Positions 16,328 through 25,866 of a stretch of 50,773 nt of DNA are shown here, piece by piece. The notes under the pieces were generated by a model. It was not told the DNA's origin. It worked only from the letters and a program-made list of their open reading frames with translations, and did not search any database. Position numbers and translations under genes: made by a program. The DNA is from Candidatus Komeilibacteria bacterium RIFCSPHIGHO2_01_FULL_52_14 (GTDB lineage Bacteria; Patescibacteriota; Patescibacteriia; UBA1558; 2-01-FULL-52-15): contig MHKK01000015.1 in assembly GCA_001818365.1 (NCBI GenBank), positions 1 to 50,773 of the forward strand, read 5' to 3'. Numbering within the stretch: position 1 is the first letter of the stretch; each line of letters begins with the position of its first letter.

Positions 16328-17492
16328 GAAGCCGGAGGTAGATGGCTTCTGTTTTTTTCAGCATCTCGTCGCGCGAAAACTCGCGCGCGATACGCTGCTG
16401 TAAATGGCGCGCGCGATTACGGGCTTCCTGAGGTTTCTTTGCGACCTCGACCAGAGCGGCTGTAAGGCCGACTCTGTCACCGCTCTGCACGAGTAAACCG
16501 TCGACACCGTGCACGATAAGTTCAGGAGTTCCCCCGACATTCGTCGCGATAATCGGAACTCCCGCACGCCCCGTTTCGAGCAGCGCGTACGAAAATCCTT
16601 CTTTCACCGACGGGAGGGCAACGGCGTCAAATGCCGCCGCGTAGCGATACCACTCGGGGACGGATTCCACCATCGTCACGACGGCGTCAATCCCGTGCTT
16701 CGCTATGGTATCGGTTATCGTTTGCCGTTCCGGGCCGTTTCCGATGAGAACGAGACGTATCGCCGGTATCGTACGCTTGGCATCGGCTATCACGTCAATG
16801 AGAAGAGGGATGTTCTTGGTCGGATAGAACGAAGCGGTCAGGCCCACAACGAAGGCATCATCTGGCAGATGAAAAAACGAACGGGCCTCCTGCCTGGTAA
16901 GGCCTCCGGCCTGCTGATCGATACCGTTATGAATTGTAACCATACGTGCCGGAGGAGCGATTTTATGCCTAATGCCCGCTTGGCGATCGAACTCGGATAC
17001 TGTTATGATGGCACCTTTCCAGCCTGCTGAAAATTTTTCGATAAGCTCGTACACTTTTTTCCGGACCGGAGCGAGCGGTTCGTTAAAAACGAACCCATGC
17101 ACCGTATAGAGAACGCGGACGCGCTTGGCTAAAGGATCAAAACCCAAAAGCCAAGCAGCGCAGGAGCCGAGAGCGCCTCCCATCGAGCTGTTGAGGTGGA
17201 GAATGTCGAATCGCTCTTTCGCAAGAAGCCGTCGTATCTCAAGTACCGCATCGTATGCTTTAACCAGAGAGATTCCCCTGATCAAATTATCGAGCACGAT
17301 GACGCGAATACCCAACGCAGCCGCCTCCTTGAAAAAAAACTCATCCTGATGCTTAGCTTCGCCGACCAAAACCACAACCTCATTGCGTTCTTTAAAATAC
17401 CGCGCAAGCGACAGAACGTAGTGCTGCGCACCGCCGAACTTGCTCTGCGTGATGAGAAATGCTATTTTTTTGCCTTCAACGTGTTCGCTCAT
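16296..17492 (-). CDS. Glycosyltransferase family 4 (GT-B)
   Basis: The EX7E region EGFSYALLETGRAGVPIIATNVGGTPELI is present, with a typical GT4 N-domain. The 3' end overlaps the convergent Wzy_C gene by 32 nt. Confidence 0.85.
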   Translation of the reverse strand: MSEHVEGKKIAFLITQSKFGGAQHYVLSLARYFKERNEVVVLVGEAKHQDEFFFKEAAALGIRVIVLDNLIRGISLVKAYDAVLEIRRLLAKERFDILHLNSSMGGALGSCAAWLLGFDPLAKRVRVLYTVHGFVFNEPLAPVRKKVYELIEKFSAGWKGAIITVSEFDRQAGIRHKIAPPARMVTIHNGIDQQAGGLTRQEARSFFHLPDDAFVVGLTASFYPTKNIPLLIDVIADAKRTIPAIRLVLIGNGPERQTITDTIAKHGIDAVVTMVESVPEWYRYAAAFDAVALPSVKEGFSYALLETGRAGVPIIATNVGGTPELIVHGVDGLLVQSGDRVGLTAALVEVAKKPQEARNRARHLQQRIAREFSRDEMLKKTEAIYLRLLTAGKPAASA

Positions 17493-17568
17493 TTTGAGTT
17501 TGTGCGGTTATTTGTTAAGATTTTAAAGTATATCGAGCGAAAAAACAAGCAGAAATCGAATTTGACCT

Positions 17569-18738
17569 ATGACTGACCAGAAATCACCGTTACCGCTCTC
17601 GGTTCTCATGATAAGTACCGACCCTGGTTTTTTTACCGAAGAGGGCACCGGCGACGTGATATATCGGCACGTACGGTATGCCGAACGGGTCAAATCCCTC
17701 GACGTTATCGTACTCGGCGTGCATTCAGGCACCAAGCGGTTCGGGGATCGGCTGACCGTGCACGGTACCGGGACGGGAGGCATCGGAGCGATCTTTAAGG
17801 CACGCCAGATCGCCCGCACCCTGCTTCGCAGCGGAACATTCCGTCTTATCGTGACGCAAGATCCGCACGCGACGGGACTTGTCGGCGTGTATCTGAAAAA
17901 AAAGTTTCACCTTCCGTTGATCGTACACCTGCACGGGGATTTCCTGGACAATGACTATTGGCGCAGAGAACGGGTATCGCATCGCTTTAAGGCCCTGGTA
18001 CAAAAAAGAATCATTCGGAGCGCGGACATGATTCGGGTCGTTTCGGACGGTATTCGCCGGAAGCTTCTTTCGGCGGGCATTTCGGACGATCGCATCGCCG
18101 TCATCGGTACGCCGATCAACGACGAGCTGTTTACAACGTTGTCCGACGATCAAAAAATGCTCGTGGAGAAACTCCGGTATAAATACCAGGACCGGTTCGT
18201 TCTGATGTTTTGCGGCCGGCTCGTTCCGGCGAAAAACCTGTTATTTCTGTTGACGGTTATTGACATACTGCGGAAGCGTCATCGGAATATATTATTGCTC
18301 CTGGTCGGAGAGGGGGAGATGCATCAGGCGTTGGAGCGCACCGTGAAGGATAGAAATCTTGAATCGCATGTGGTTCTCTTGGGAGCCCTTCCTCACGAAA
18401 AACTGACGGTCTATTATCACGTATCGCAGCTGTTTGTGTTGCTCTCAACAAATGAGAGTTTTGGAAAAGTTATCATTGAAGCGGGACTCTCGGGAGTCCC
18501 GTGCGTTGCTTCGCGAACGACCGGCGCATCAAGCATTATCGCCGAGGGCCGGACTGGCTTCATTGTTGGAGTCAATGATCTCGACATGTCCGTCGCGGTG
18601 ATCGAGGAACTTATGGAATACCCCGAACACGTAAAAATGCTCGGTGAAAACGCGAAGGCACTTTATAGGAATAGGTATGCCATGTCTTCGAGCGTTGATA
18701 AGATCATTGATCTGTGGAAACGAGTCAGCGGCGTATGA
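17569..18738 (+). CDS. Glycosyltransferase family 4 (GT-B)
   Basis: The EX7E region NESFGKVIIEAGLSGVPCVASRTTGASSII is present. This is the first gene of the long plus-strand operon. Confidence 0.85.
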   Translation: MTDQKSPLPLSVLMISTDPGFFTEEGTGDVIYRHVRYAERVKSLDVIVLGVHSGTKRFGDRLTVHGTGTGGIGAIFKARQIARTLLRSGTFRLIVTQDPHATGLVGVYLKKKFHLPLIVHLHGDFLDNDYWRRERVSHRFKALVQKRIIRSADMIRVVSDGIRRKLLSAGISDDRIAVIGTPINDELFTTLSDDQKMLVEKLRYKYQDRFVLMFCGRLVPAKNLLFLLTVIDILRKRHRNILLLLVGEGEMHQALERTVKDRNLESHVVLLGALPHEKLTVYYHVSQLFVLLSTNESFGKVIIEAGLSGVPCVASRTTGASSIIAEGRTGFIVGVNDLDMSVAVIEELMEYPEHVKMLGENAKALYRNRYAMSSSVDKIIDLWKRVSGV

Positions 18739-19772
18739 AGCTCCTCATGATCACCAGAAAGATGGATCGAAACGACGCGCTCGCCGGATTTACGTTCGAG
18801 TGGGCACGTACGTTTGCATCACTCGTCGATGAGCTTCATGTTATCTGTCTGGAAAAAGGGAATACCGACGGATTACCGCCGAATTGCCTGGTGTATTCTC
18901 TCGGGAAGGAGCGCGGCAAGAACCGGCTCCGGGAGATAGTCAATTTTTTCAGATTGGCGCACCGTCTGGTACCAAAGGTTGATGGCGTTTTCAGCCATCA
19001 AAATCCGGAGTATGGAATCCTGGTCGCCCCATGGTGCAAGCTGTATCATAAAAAACTTATAGCGTGGTATACGCACAAAGCGGTAACGCTTCGATTGCGT
19101 GTGCTGACCGCACTCGTCGATACCGTGATAACGGCGTCGCCCGAGAGTTTTCGCCTTAGGACAAAAAAATGCATTGTCATGCATCACGGCATTGAAACGG
19201 ATTATTTCGTCCCCGGCCGTCCGGACATGCAGAAGCGAATAGTCGTATCGGTCAGCAGAATTTCGCCCACGAAACGGATAGATCTGATGATCGATGTTTT
19301 CCGGAGGTTGCTCGAGCGTGAAGGGAGCGGTGTGGAACTGATAATTGCAGGCGGCGCTACGCTTCCGCACGAGCAGGCGTATGAGCGGTCGGTGCGCGAG
19401 AAAGTATCATCGGCAGGTCTTTCGAAGTCCGTCACTTTTTTGGGTCCGGTTCCGCATAGCCGGACGCTCGAGCTTTTGCAGCGATCGTCACTCTTTTTGA
19501 ATTTTTCACGCACCGGCAGCTTGGATAAAGCGGTTCTTGAAGCGATGAGCTGCGGCGTTCCGGTGCTGACGACGAACGAGGCATTCCGTGCTATCCTGAC
19601 ACCGCTCGACGAGCGGATGTACCGCACCGAAGATCCGGCGCAGCTGGCAGATGCCGCGTACGGTTTACTGCTGTCGCCCCTGCCGGATATCTCACGTCGC
19701 TTACGTGACTACGTTGTACGGCACCACGGGCTCAATGATTTACTGACGCATATTGTGTCTCTCTATGCCTAG
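18735..19772 (+). CDS. Glycosyltransferase (GT-B, GT4-like)
   Basis: I set the start at ATG 18735 (MKLLMITRKMD), which forms an ATGA overlap with the upstream stop. The C-domain motif is GSLDKAVLEAMSCGVPVLTTNEAF. Confidence 0.8.
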   Translation: MKLLMITRKMDRNDALAGFTFEWARTFASLVDELHVICLEKGNTDGLPPNCLVYSLGKERGKNRLREIVNFFRLAHRLVPKVDGVFSHQNPEYGILVAPWCKLYHKKLIAWYTHKAVTLRLRVLTALVDTVITASPESFRLRTKKCIVMHHGIETDYFVPGRPDMQKRIVVSVSRISPTKRIDLMIDVFRRLLEREGSGVELIIAGGATLPHEQAYERSVREKVSSAGLSKSVTFLGPVPHSRTLELLQRSSLFLNFSRTGSLDKAVLEAMSCGVPVLTTNEAFRAILTPLDERMYRTEDPAQLADAAYGLLLSPLPDISRRLRDYVVRHHGLNDLLTHIVSLYA

Positions 19773-20466
19773 CACTCCCGGTTCAATCTATTACAATTCT
19801 GTGTCGGATATGTACCGTATGAGCTCGACACGGCGGAACCGCGTGTTAACGCTTCTCGGCCGCCAGTTGGACCTTCGAGGTCAGAGTGATCGCTCAGTGC
19901 TTGATATCGGTATTGGAAGCGGAGAGATCGGGAAGTATTGCGCCGAACGCGCAGATGCGCGGCGTTTGTATACGGAAGGCATTGATCTGGCACAGCCGCT
20001 CGTTCAGGAGCATGCTAAGGTGTATACGAAAACGCGCGCGTGCAATGTCGATGATCCCGATTGGACGAAACAATTCTCCCGCCAATTCGATGTTATTGTC
20101 GCTTCGGAGATCCTGGAACACTTGTTCAGGCCTGATGTTTTTTTGGGGCAACTTCGGTTGCTCGTGAAAGGTGACGGCTGCGTCATACTGACCACGCCGA
20201 ATCTTTTGCTCTGGACCAAACGGATCAAATTTCTTTTCGGACTGCATGAATATGGCGACTCCGGATTATTCGAGTGGGGTCACATCCATTTGTTCTCGTG
20301 GCGTTTTCTAAAAAAGCTCGTGCATCGAAGCGGTTTTCGAATCGTTGATTCGTATCATCTGATGCATCCGAATATGCTGAATCGCTGGCATCGTTTTATG
20401 CCCGGCCTGTTGGCATTTCAGTTCATCATCGTGCTGACCCCGGACGTGCCGCACTCCGCCGTATGA
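19765..20466 (+). CDS. Class I SAM-dependent methyltransferase
   Basis: Motif I is VLDIGIGSGEIGKY, and the post-II region is DVIVASEILEHLFRPDVFL. ATG 19765 is preferred over the listed TTG 19753, giving an 8-nt overlap with the upstream gene. Confidence 0.8.
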   Translation: MPSTPGSIYYNSVSDMYRMSSTRRNRVLTLLGRQLDLRGQSDRSVLDIGIGSGEIGKYCAERADARRLYTEGIDLAQPLVQEHAKVYTKTRACNVDDPDWTKQFSRQFDVIVASEILEHLFRPDVFLGQLRLLVKGDGCVILTTPNLLLWTKRIKFLFGLHEYGDSGLFEWGHIHLFSWRFLKKLVHRSGFRIVDSYHLMHPNMLNRWHRFMPGLLAFQFIIVLTPDVPHSAV

Positions 20467-21521
20467 CCGTTTGCTACTTTGGCCTGTTTCGGCCCGACTA
20501 CGTTCGCAATCAGGCGCTCATCAAGGCGCTTCGGGTTTCGGGCGTGACGGTTTTGGAGGTCTCGGACAGAAGCAAGGGTTTTGCAAAGTATCTGCGTCTG
20601 TTCGCTAAGCATTGGAAGGTTCGGTCGCGGTACGACCTGATGATCGTCGGCTTTCCCGGACAGAGCATCGTGCCATTCGCACGGCTGCTGACCAGAAAAC
20701 CGATCGTCTTTGACGCGCTCGTTTCTCTGTACGACAGCGTGGTCATCGAGCGTAAACAATGCTCGTCCGCGTCGTTTCGCGGTCGTTGGTGTTTTCTGCT
20801 TGATTGGTTGTCAGCCCGACTGGCAACCACCATACTACTCGATACGAGGGAGCACGCGGCATACTACTCAAAGTTGCTTTCCATTCCCGAGGGTAAATGC
20901 TGGGTGGTTTACCACGGGTGTGACGACGCCGTTTTTTATCCGCACCCTGCCAAGAGGGATGAAACGAAATTTGTTGTCGAGTTTCACGGCTATATTACCC
21001 CGACGAACGGCATGGACTTCGTTATGCGGGCAATGAAGCTTCTGAGCGGTAAACCCTATGAACTCCGGATTATAGGCGGAGGACAGGAGTACGGACGGAT
21101 GCAGGATCTTGCTCGCGAACTGGGGCTTTCGAGCGTTCAGTTCTTTCCGGCTATGCCGCGCGAGCGGCTCTTGCCGTTTATATCTCAAGCGCGAGCGGGA
21201 CTCGGTTTTTTTAATAATCGTTCCGGACGGGTGCAACGAGTGATTGCAAACAAGATCTATGAAATGATGGCGCTCAAGATCCCGGTCGTAACCGCCGACT
21301 CGCCCGCGATCAGGGAATTATTTACGCACCGTGAAAATATATATGTGTGTCAGCCCGGGGATCCTCACGCCATTGCCGAAGCTCTCGAGGAATTGAGAAA
21401 CAGCGAGAAGCTCCGCTCGTCTATTGCAAATAATGCTTATGTATATTATAAAAACAATCTCGTCCCGACTTCCGTGGGGCGCTCATTCGTAACCAAGCTC
21501 GCTTCTTTGATCACAAAGTAA
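20463..21521 (+). CDS. Glycosyltransferase (GT-B fold)
   Basis: There is an ATGA overlap with the upstream stop. The C-domain motif is RVIANKIYEMMALKIPVVTADSPAIRELF. Confidence 0.75.
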   Translation: MTVCYFGLFRPDYVRNQALIKALRVSGVTVLEVSDRSKGFAKYLRLFAKHWKVRSRYDLMIVGFPGQSIVPFARLLTRKPIVFDALVSLYDSVVIERKQCSSASFRGRWCFLLDWLSARLATTILLDTREHAAYYSKLLSIPEGKCWVVYHGCDDAVFYPHPAKRDETKFVVEFHGYITPTNGMDFVMRAMKLLSGKPYELRIIGGGQEYGRMQDLARELGLSSVQFFPAMPRERLLPFISQARAGLGFFNNRSGRVQRVIANKIYEMMALKIPVVTADSPAIRELFTHRENIYVCQPGDPHAIAEALEELRNSEKLRSSIANNAYVYYKNNLVPTSVGRSFVTKLASLITK

Positions 21522-21525
21522 ATCC

Positions 21526-22461
21526 ATGGCACGCGTATTGATTCTTGGCGTAACCGGAGCATTGGGTTCTTTTACGTACGACTATTTCAGGCACCACACA
21601 AGGCATGAGGTACGCGGTACGGTTCGCCCGTCTTCCCGAGACGTTGCGGCCAAATTTTTTCAGGATGATCCGCTGCTGTCTTTTGAAGCCGGAAAGGCAG
21701 ACGTTCGATCGCTGCTGCAAGGGGACACACCCGATTATATCATCAACTGCATTGGCATCATCAACAAGCCCGCTTTTACGCAGGACGACGTACAGAAGGT
21801 AGCGTCATCATTGAGAGTCAACTCGGTTTTTCCGTATTCGCTTACGGAAGCGTGCGCAAACAGAGGGACGAAGATAGTGCAGATTGCGACCGATTGCGTG
21901 TACAGCGGCTCTCGCGGCGAATACACGGAAAACGATGTGCACGATGCACTTGATATTTACGGTCAGACGAAAAGTTTGGGCGAAGTCCACGAGGAGCGCT
22001 TTCTGAACATACGTTGTTCGTTCGTCGGCCCCGAGATTCATCACGAGTTAAGTTTACTCGAATGGTTTTTATCGCAACCCGATGGAGCGAACGTATCCGG
22101 GTATATGCATCATCGATGGAACGGCGTCACGTCTCTGCAGTATGCGCAGTTGTGTTCGCAGATTATCGATAAGGGAGATGATTTTTTTCGCCGGATTGTC
22201 CGGACGTCGTACGTTCATCACTATATACCCAACGGTTCTGTGACGAAACGGGAACTTTTGGAGAGTATGGCCACTTCCTTTAAGAAAAAATGTACCGTTG
22301 TTCCGGCCGAGACGGGTCCCGCGATTGACCGGACGCTTGCCACAGTGCATCATGACTTGCTGAAGACGGCGCAGGTAGGTGCGTACCCGATGCAGCGTGC
22401 CATCGGCGATTTGTACGATTATTTGAGAAATGAGAAACTGTATCAGCGGCGATTTTCATAA
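21526..22461 (+). CDS. NAD(P)-dependent sugar reductase/epimerase, RmlD-like SDR
   Basis: A Rossmann motif (VLILGVTGALGSF) and a catalytic YxxxK (YGQTKSLGE) are present. The roughly 310-aa size is typical of dTDP-4-dehydrorhamnose-reductase-like enzymes. Confidence 0.75.
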   Translation: MARVLILGVTGALGSFTYDYFRHHTRHEVRGTVRPSSRDVAAKFFQDDPLLSFEAGKADVRSLLQGDTPDYIINCIGIINKPAFTQDDVQKVASSLRVNSVFPYSLTEACANRGTKIVQIATDCVYSGSRGEYTENDVHDALDIYGQTKSLGEVHEERFLNIRCSFVGPEIHHELSLLEWFLSQPDGANVSGYMHHRWNGVTSLQYAQLCSQIIDKGDDFFRRIVRTSYVHHYIPNGSVTKRELLESMATSFKKKCTVVPAETGPAIDRTLATVHHDLLKTAQVGAYPMQRAIGDLYDYLRNEKLYQRRFS

Positions 22462-22464
22462 CCT

Positions 22465-23043
22465 ATGGACACCACATTGAAGAAGCTGAATTTAGGATGC
22501 GGAGAGGACAAGAAGGAGGGTTACGTTAACGTTGATTTTCATTCGCACGTGAAGCCGGATGTTGTTCACGATCTCAACGTCGTACCGTATCCGTTCGCGG
22601 AAAGTACGTTCGATTTGGTGGAGGCGTATCACGTGCTGGAGCATCTCGATAAGCCCTTTGTCGTAATGAAAGAGCTGCACCGCATTCTTAAGCCGGGCGG
22701 GACCATTCATATCAAGGTACCGCATTTTAGCAGGGGGTTCACGCACCCAGAACATAAATCCGGTTTCGATCTTATGTTTCCGTTTTACTTCAATAAGAAT
22801 TTCACGAAATCGGGATATTTCGGAGTTGATTTTAAACATGTGAAATCCGAGTTGCATTGGGCCGCGCACAAGCACCTCTATGCCGCCGTCGGCGTTCCAA
22901 AACCGATCATCCTCATCGTATTCGGTCTCAATACCTTCCTGAACGCCCTTGCCCGCCTGAGCCCGAATCTTTGCAGCCGGTTATGGTGTTTTTGGGTCGG
23001 TGGCTTCGAAGAGGTGGAATTCGTACTCACCTGCGAAAAATGA
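22465..23043 (+). CDS. Class I SAM-dependent methyltransferase (type 11-like)
   Basis: Motifs present: LNLGCGEDKKEGYVNVD, VEAYHVLEHLDKP and ILKPGGTIHIKVP. Confidence 0.8.
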   Translation: MDTTLKKLNLGCGEDKKEGYVNVDFHSHVKPDVVHDLNVVPYPFAESTFDLVEAYHVLEHLDKPFVVMKELHRILKPGGTIHIKVPHFSRGFTHPEHKSGFDLMFPFYFNKNFTKSGYFGVDFKHVKSELHWAAHKHLYAAVGVPKPIILIVFGLNTFLNALARLSPNLCSRLWCFWVGGFEEVEFVLTCEK

Positions 23044-24689
23044 GTATGCTGTTGCAGGGATTTGTACGCAATCGTCTCGTGCTTACGATATCGCTGTTAA
23101 GTTTTGGTATCGGAATCGTCGGTATTCACTATGCGCTGCCGATGCACGTGATCGGTGACGAAGAATCGATTATCGCAGGTTCGCTCACCATGCTGCAGAC
23201 GCGCAACTTTATTCCTGCACTGCAGCCGAACATATTCGATCTTCTTTATTATCCGGTACTCTTGCCGTATCTCACGTTGCTCGCGATGATGCCGGTATTG
23301 ATCGCGAAGTTTGCCGCCGGCGGTTTTTCGGTTTCCGCACTTCAGGATTATTTTGCGCTTAATCAAAGCGCGCTGTGGATTTCGGCCCGGGCACTCGTTG
23401 CCGTCTCGGGCGGTGCCCTGGTCTTTATCGTTTTTCGGCTCGGTGAACTCCTGTATAACAGGCGAACGGCATTCTGGGCATCGCTGTTCTTACTGACGAG
23501 TTTTTTTCACGTTTCACTGACTCATTGGATGAAGCACTGGGTGCCTGCGGCGCTGGTCGCGTATGGGGTTTTTTATCTGGTCGCCCGGGATGTTTCAGCA
23601 CGGCGAAATGGATCGGTCCGCGCCGGAGTTCTATCGGGCATCAGCGTCGGAATCAGTTACGTGGCCGGGTTCGGTTCCGCGATGGCGGCCCTGTATGCCT
23701 GGCTGAACCGCTCGATCTTTCAGAATCGGTTTGCGCGCTATGCGGTGCGCAATGTGATCGTGGCCGCCGTCATCGGCGGATCGCTCATCTCGCTGTACTA
23801 TCAGGATTTTTTGAACCAGTCGGTTCGGGAAGAGGGGACGGCTGCGGTTGCAAAATCGCTCGGCGATCTGGTGTTCTTACTGGTGAACGCCATGCGGGCA
23901 TTATTGCTCCAGGAAACGGCTTTACTTGCGATCGCCGTTCTTGGATTGCTCGTTGTTCGTAAATTCCACCATGCTAACTCCTTCGTGTTCGGTTCCGTGC
24001 TTTTGTATTTCATAAGCATGTACCTGGTCGTACATTTTGAACCACGATACGTGTATCTTATCGTGCCGGCGCTTGCACTTTCGGCAGGTAGTTTTATTGA
24101 CTGGCTGTACCGGCAGCTGAGGCGGCCTTTGGCGCTTTTTTTTGCTTGCTTGTTCATTGCCTATCCGGCTGGCGTCTCGTTTCAATATCTGCATCTTCTT
24201 TTGGCGCCGGATACCCGCCAAGTCGCAGTTACTTGGATCCAAGATCATGTGAAGGACGATCCTTTTTTACTTTCCTCGCGCTCGATCTCTTTGTACCGGC
24301 AGCCGTCAGTTGTTCAGATGGTTGCGTCGTATGAATCATTGCGGGCGGGCGAGCGCTACGAACTTGCACATGCAGAACGGTTCGCTTCCCTCACACGTGA
24401 TTCATATTCCTACACCAATATTCACTTTTGGCCCTCCGGTACGTCGCTCGACACGCTCAATGACTATCTCGACGGTTTTCGTCCGAAGTACTTCATCGTG
24501 GAGTATTGGGGGCTTACAGATCTTTCGAGCGAGGAGTACAGTCTCATTGCGGGCAGCACCCTTGTTGCCTCGATCCGCCAGTCATCCGCAGGCGACCCGA
24601 TCGACGTGAACGGAAATTTTTATACGCCGAGTACCGCAGTTTTTTCGCTTGATCGCCTGGGACCGAACGTTGACGTCTATCGTTTATGA
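23040..24689 (+). CDS. GT-C fold membrane glycosyltransferase (GT39/ArnT/PMT-like)
   Basis: I set the start at ATG 23040 (MSMLLQG), an ATGA overlap with the upstream stop. The listed 22857 start only extends into the previous gene. There are about 11 TM helices, an acidic DE motif in the first external loop (HVIGDEESIIAGS) and a soluble C-terminal domain. Confidence 0.65.
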   Translation: MSMLLQGFVRNRLVLTISLLSFGIGIVGIHYALPMHVIGDEESIIAGSLTMLQTRNFIPALQPNIFDLLYYPVLLPYLTLLAMMPVLIAKFAAGGFSVSALQDYFALNQSALWISARALVAVSGGALVFIVFRLGELLYNRRTAFWASLFLLTSFFHVSLTHWMKHWVPAALVAYGVFYLVARDVSARRNGSVRAGVLSGISVGISYVAGFGSAMAALYAWLNRSIFQNRFARYAVRNVIVAAVIGGSLISLYYQDFLNQSVREEGTAAVAKSLGDLVFLLVNAMRALLLQETALLAIAVLGLLVVRKFHHANSFVFGSVLLYFISMYLVVHFEPRYVYLIVPALALSAGSFIDWLYRQLRRPLALFFACLFIAYPAGVSFQYLHLLLAPDTRQVAVTWIQDHVKDDPFLLSSRSISLYRQPSVVQMVASYESLRAGERYELAHAERFASLTRDSYSYTNIHFWPSGTSLDTLNDYLDGFRPKYFIVEYWGLTDLSSEEYSLIAGSTLVASIRQSSAGDPIDVNGNFYTPSTAVFSLDRLGPNVDVYRL

Positions 24690-25798
24690 AGAAGCAGGAA
24701 TTGTATTACATCGCCAATTACCGTTTACCGACCGACCGTGCGCACGGATTGCAGGTGATGCAGATGTGCAGCGCATTTGCGGATACCGGCGTAGCAGTTA
24801 CGTTGCTTGCGCCGCTGCGGTCCGCCGAGTCAGCTTCGCTTTTTGAATACTATCGAATGCCAAAAAAGTTCGAAATTGGGTTCCTGTCGGTCTGGAACCT
24901 GACCGGTGTCATTCCGTATCTTGGATTTTGGATTCAGAGCTGTACCTTCGCAGTAAACGTATTGCGGTACGTGCGCGCACATCGGTATACCGGTGTTCTC
25001 TACAGTCGCGATCAGTTCTCGTTGTTCATTCTCTCATGGTTTATACGGAATCCCATGGTCTATGAAATTCATTCACTGACAGATCGGATACTGCCGATGC
25101 ACCGGCGCGTGTTCCGCAGCGCATCAAAGATCGTTGCGATAAGCGGCGGTCTGAGAGACGCGCTGGTTAAGGCCGGCGTTCCGAAAGAAAAGATCGTGGT
25201 CGCCCACGATGCCGTTGATCCTGCTTTCTTTGAGCGACGTGGCGACAAGCAACCGCTTCGCCGTAGCTACGATCTGCCGGGAGATAAGCGCGTCGTGCTC
25301 TATACCGGTTCGCTGATGTCATGGAAGGGTGTCTACACGCTTGTTGATGCCGCTCAATTTTTGCCGGCAGATTATGCTGTAGTGCTCGTCGGCGGACCAG
25401 CGGTAGACCGCCTCCGGTTGCAAAAATATGCGGCCGCACAAAAGCTCAATGTTGTTATTCGTGAATCTTTGCGGCATGACCAAATGCCCGCATTGATGGC
25501 CGCCGCCGACGTACTGGTGATACCAAACTCGGCCAAGGATCCGATCGGAAGCAGCTATACGTCACCGCTCAAGTTTTTTGAATACCTCGCGAGCCCGAAT
25601 CCGATCGTTGCCTCCGATGTGCCTTCCCTGCGTGAGATCGGCGGCTCGCAACAGGGCGTCACGTATTGCGTCCCGGATGATCCAAAGGCCCTTGCCGCTT
25701 CGATTATGGCAATACGCGCTGGAGCATCGTTTATTCGCGATATGAGCGACTATACCTGGCAACGTCGCGCTGAATACATCCTGGGGGAGCTTTGGTAG
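24686..25798 (+). CDS. Glycosyltransferase family 4 (GT-B)
   Basis: There is an ATGA overlap. The N-terminus is LYYIANYRLPTDRAHGLQVMQMCSAFA and the C-domain is SYTSPLKFFEYLASPNPIVASDVPSLREI. Confidence 0.8.
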   Translation: MKKQELYYIANYRLPTDRAHGLQVMQMCSAFADTGVAVTLLAPLRSAESASLFEYYRMPKKFEIGFLSVWNLTGVIPYLGFWIQSCTFAVNVLRYVRAHRYTGVLYSRDQFSLFILSWFIRNPMVYEIHSLTDRILPMHRRVFRSASKIVAISGGLRDALVKAGVPKEKIVVAHDAVDPAFFERRGDKQPLRRSYDLPGDKRVVLYTGSLMSWKGVYTLVDAAQFLPADYAVVLVGGPAVDRLRLQKYAAAQKLNVVIRESLRHDQMPALMAAADVLVIPNSAKDPIGSSYTSPLKFFEYLASPNPIVASDVPSLREIGGSQQGVTYCVPDDPKALAASIMAIRAGASFIRDMSDYTWQRRAEYILGELW

Positions 25799-25866
25799 AC
25801 CACGATTTTGCCTGCTAGACAAGGGCACGGTGCTTTGTTAGGATAAGCCCAGTATTTGATATTTTC

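Noticed and set aside
22857-23039. The N-terminal extension of the GT-C gene (listed start 22857)
   Set aside because: The extension lies entirely inside the preceding methyltransferase gene in another frame and is R/P-rich. ATG 23040 gives an ATGA junction and starts directly at the first TM helix.
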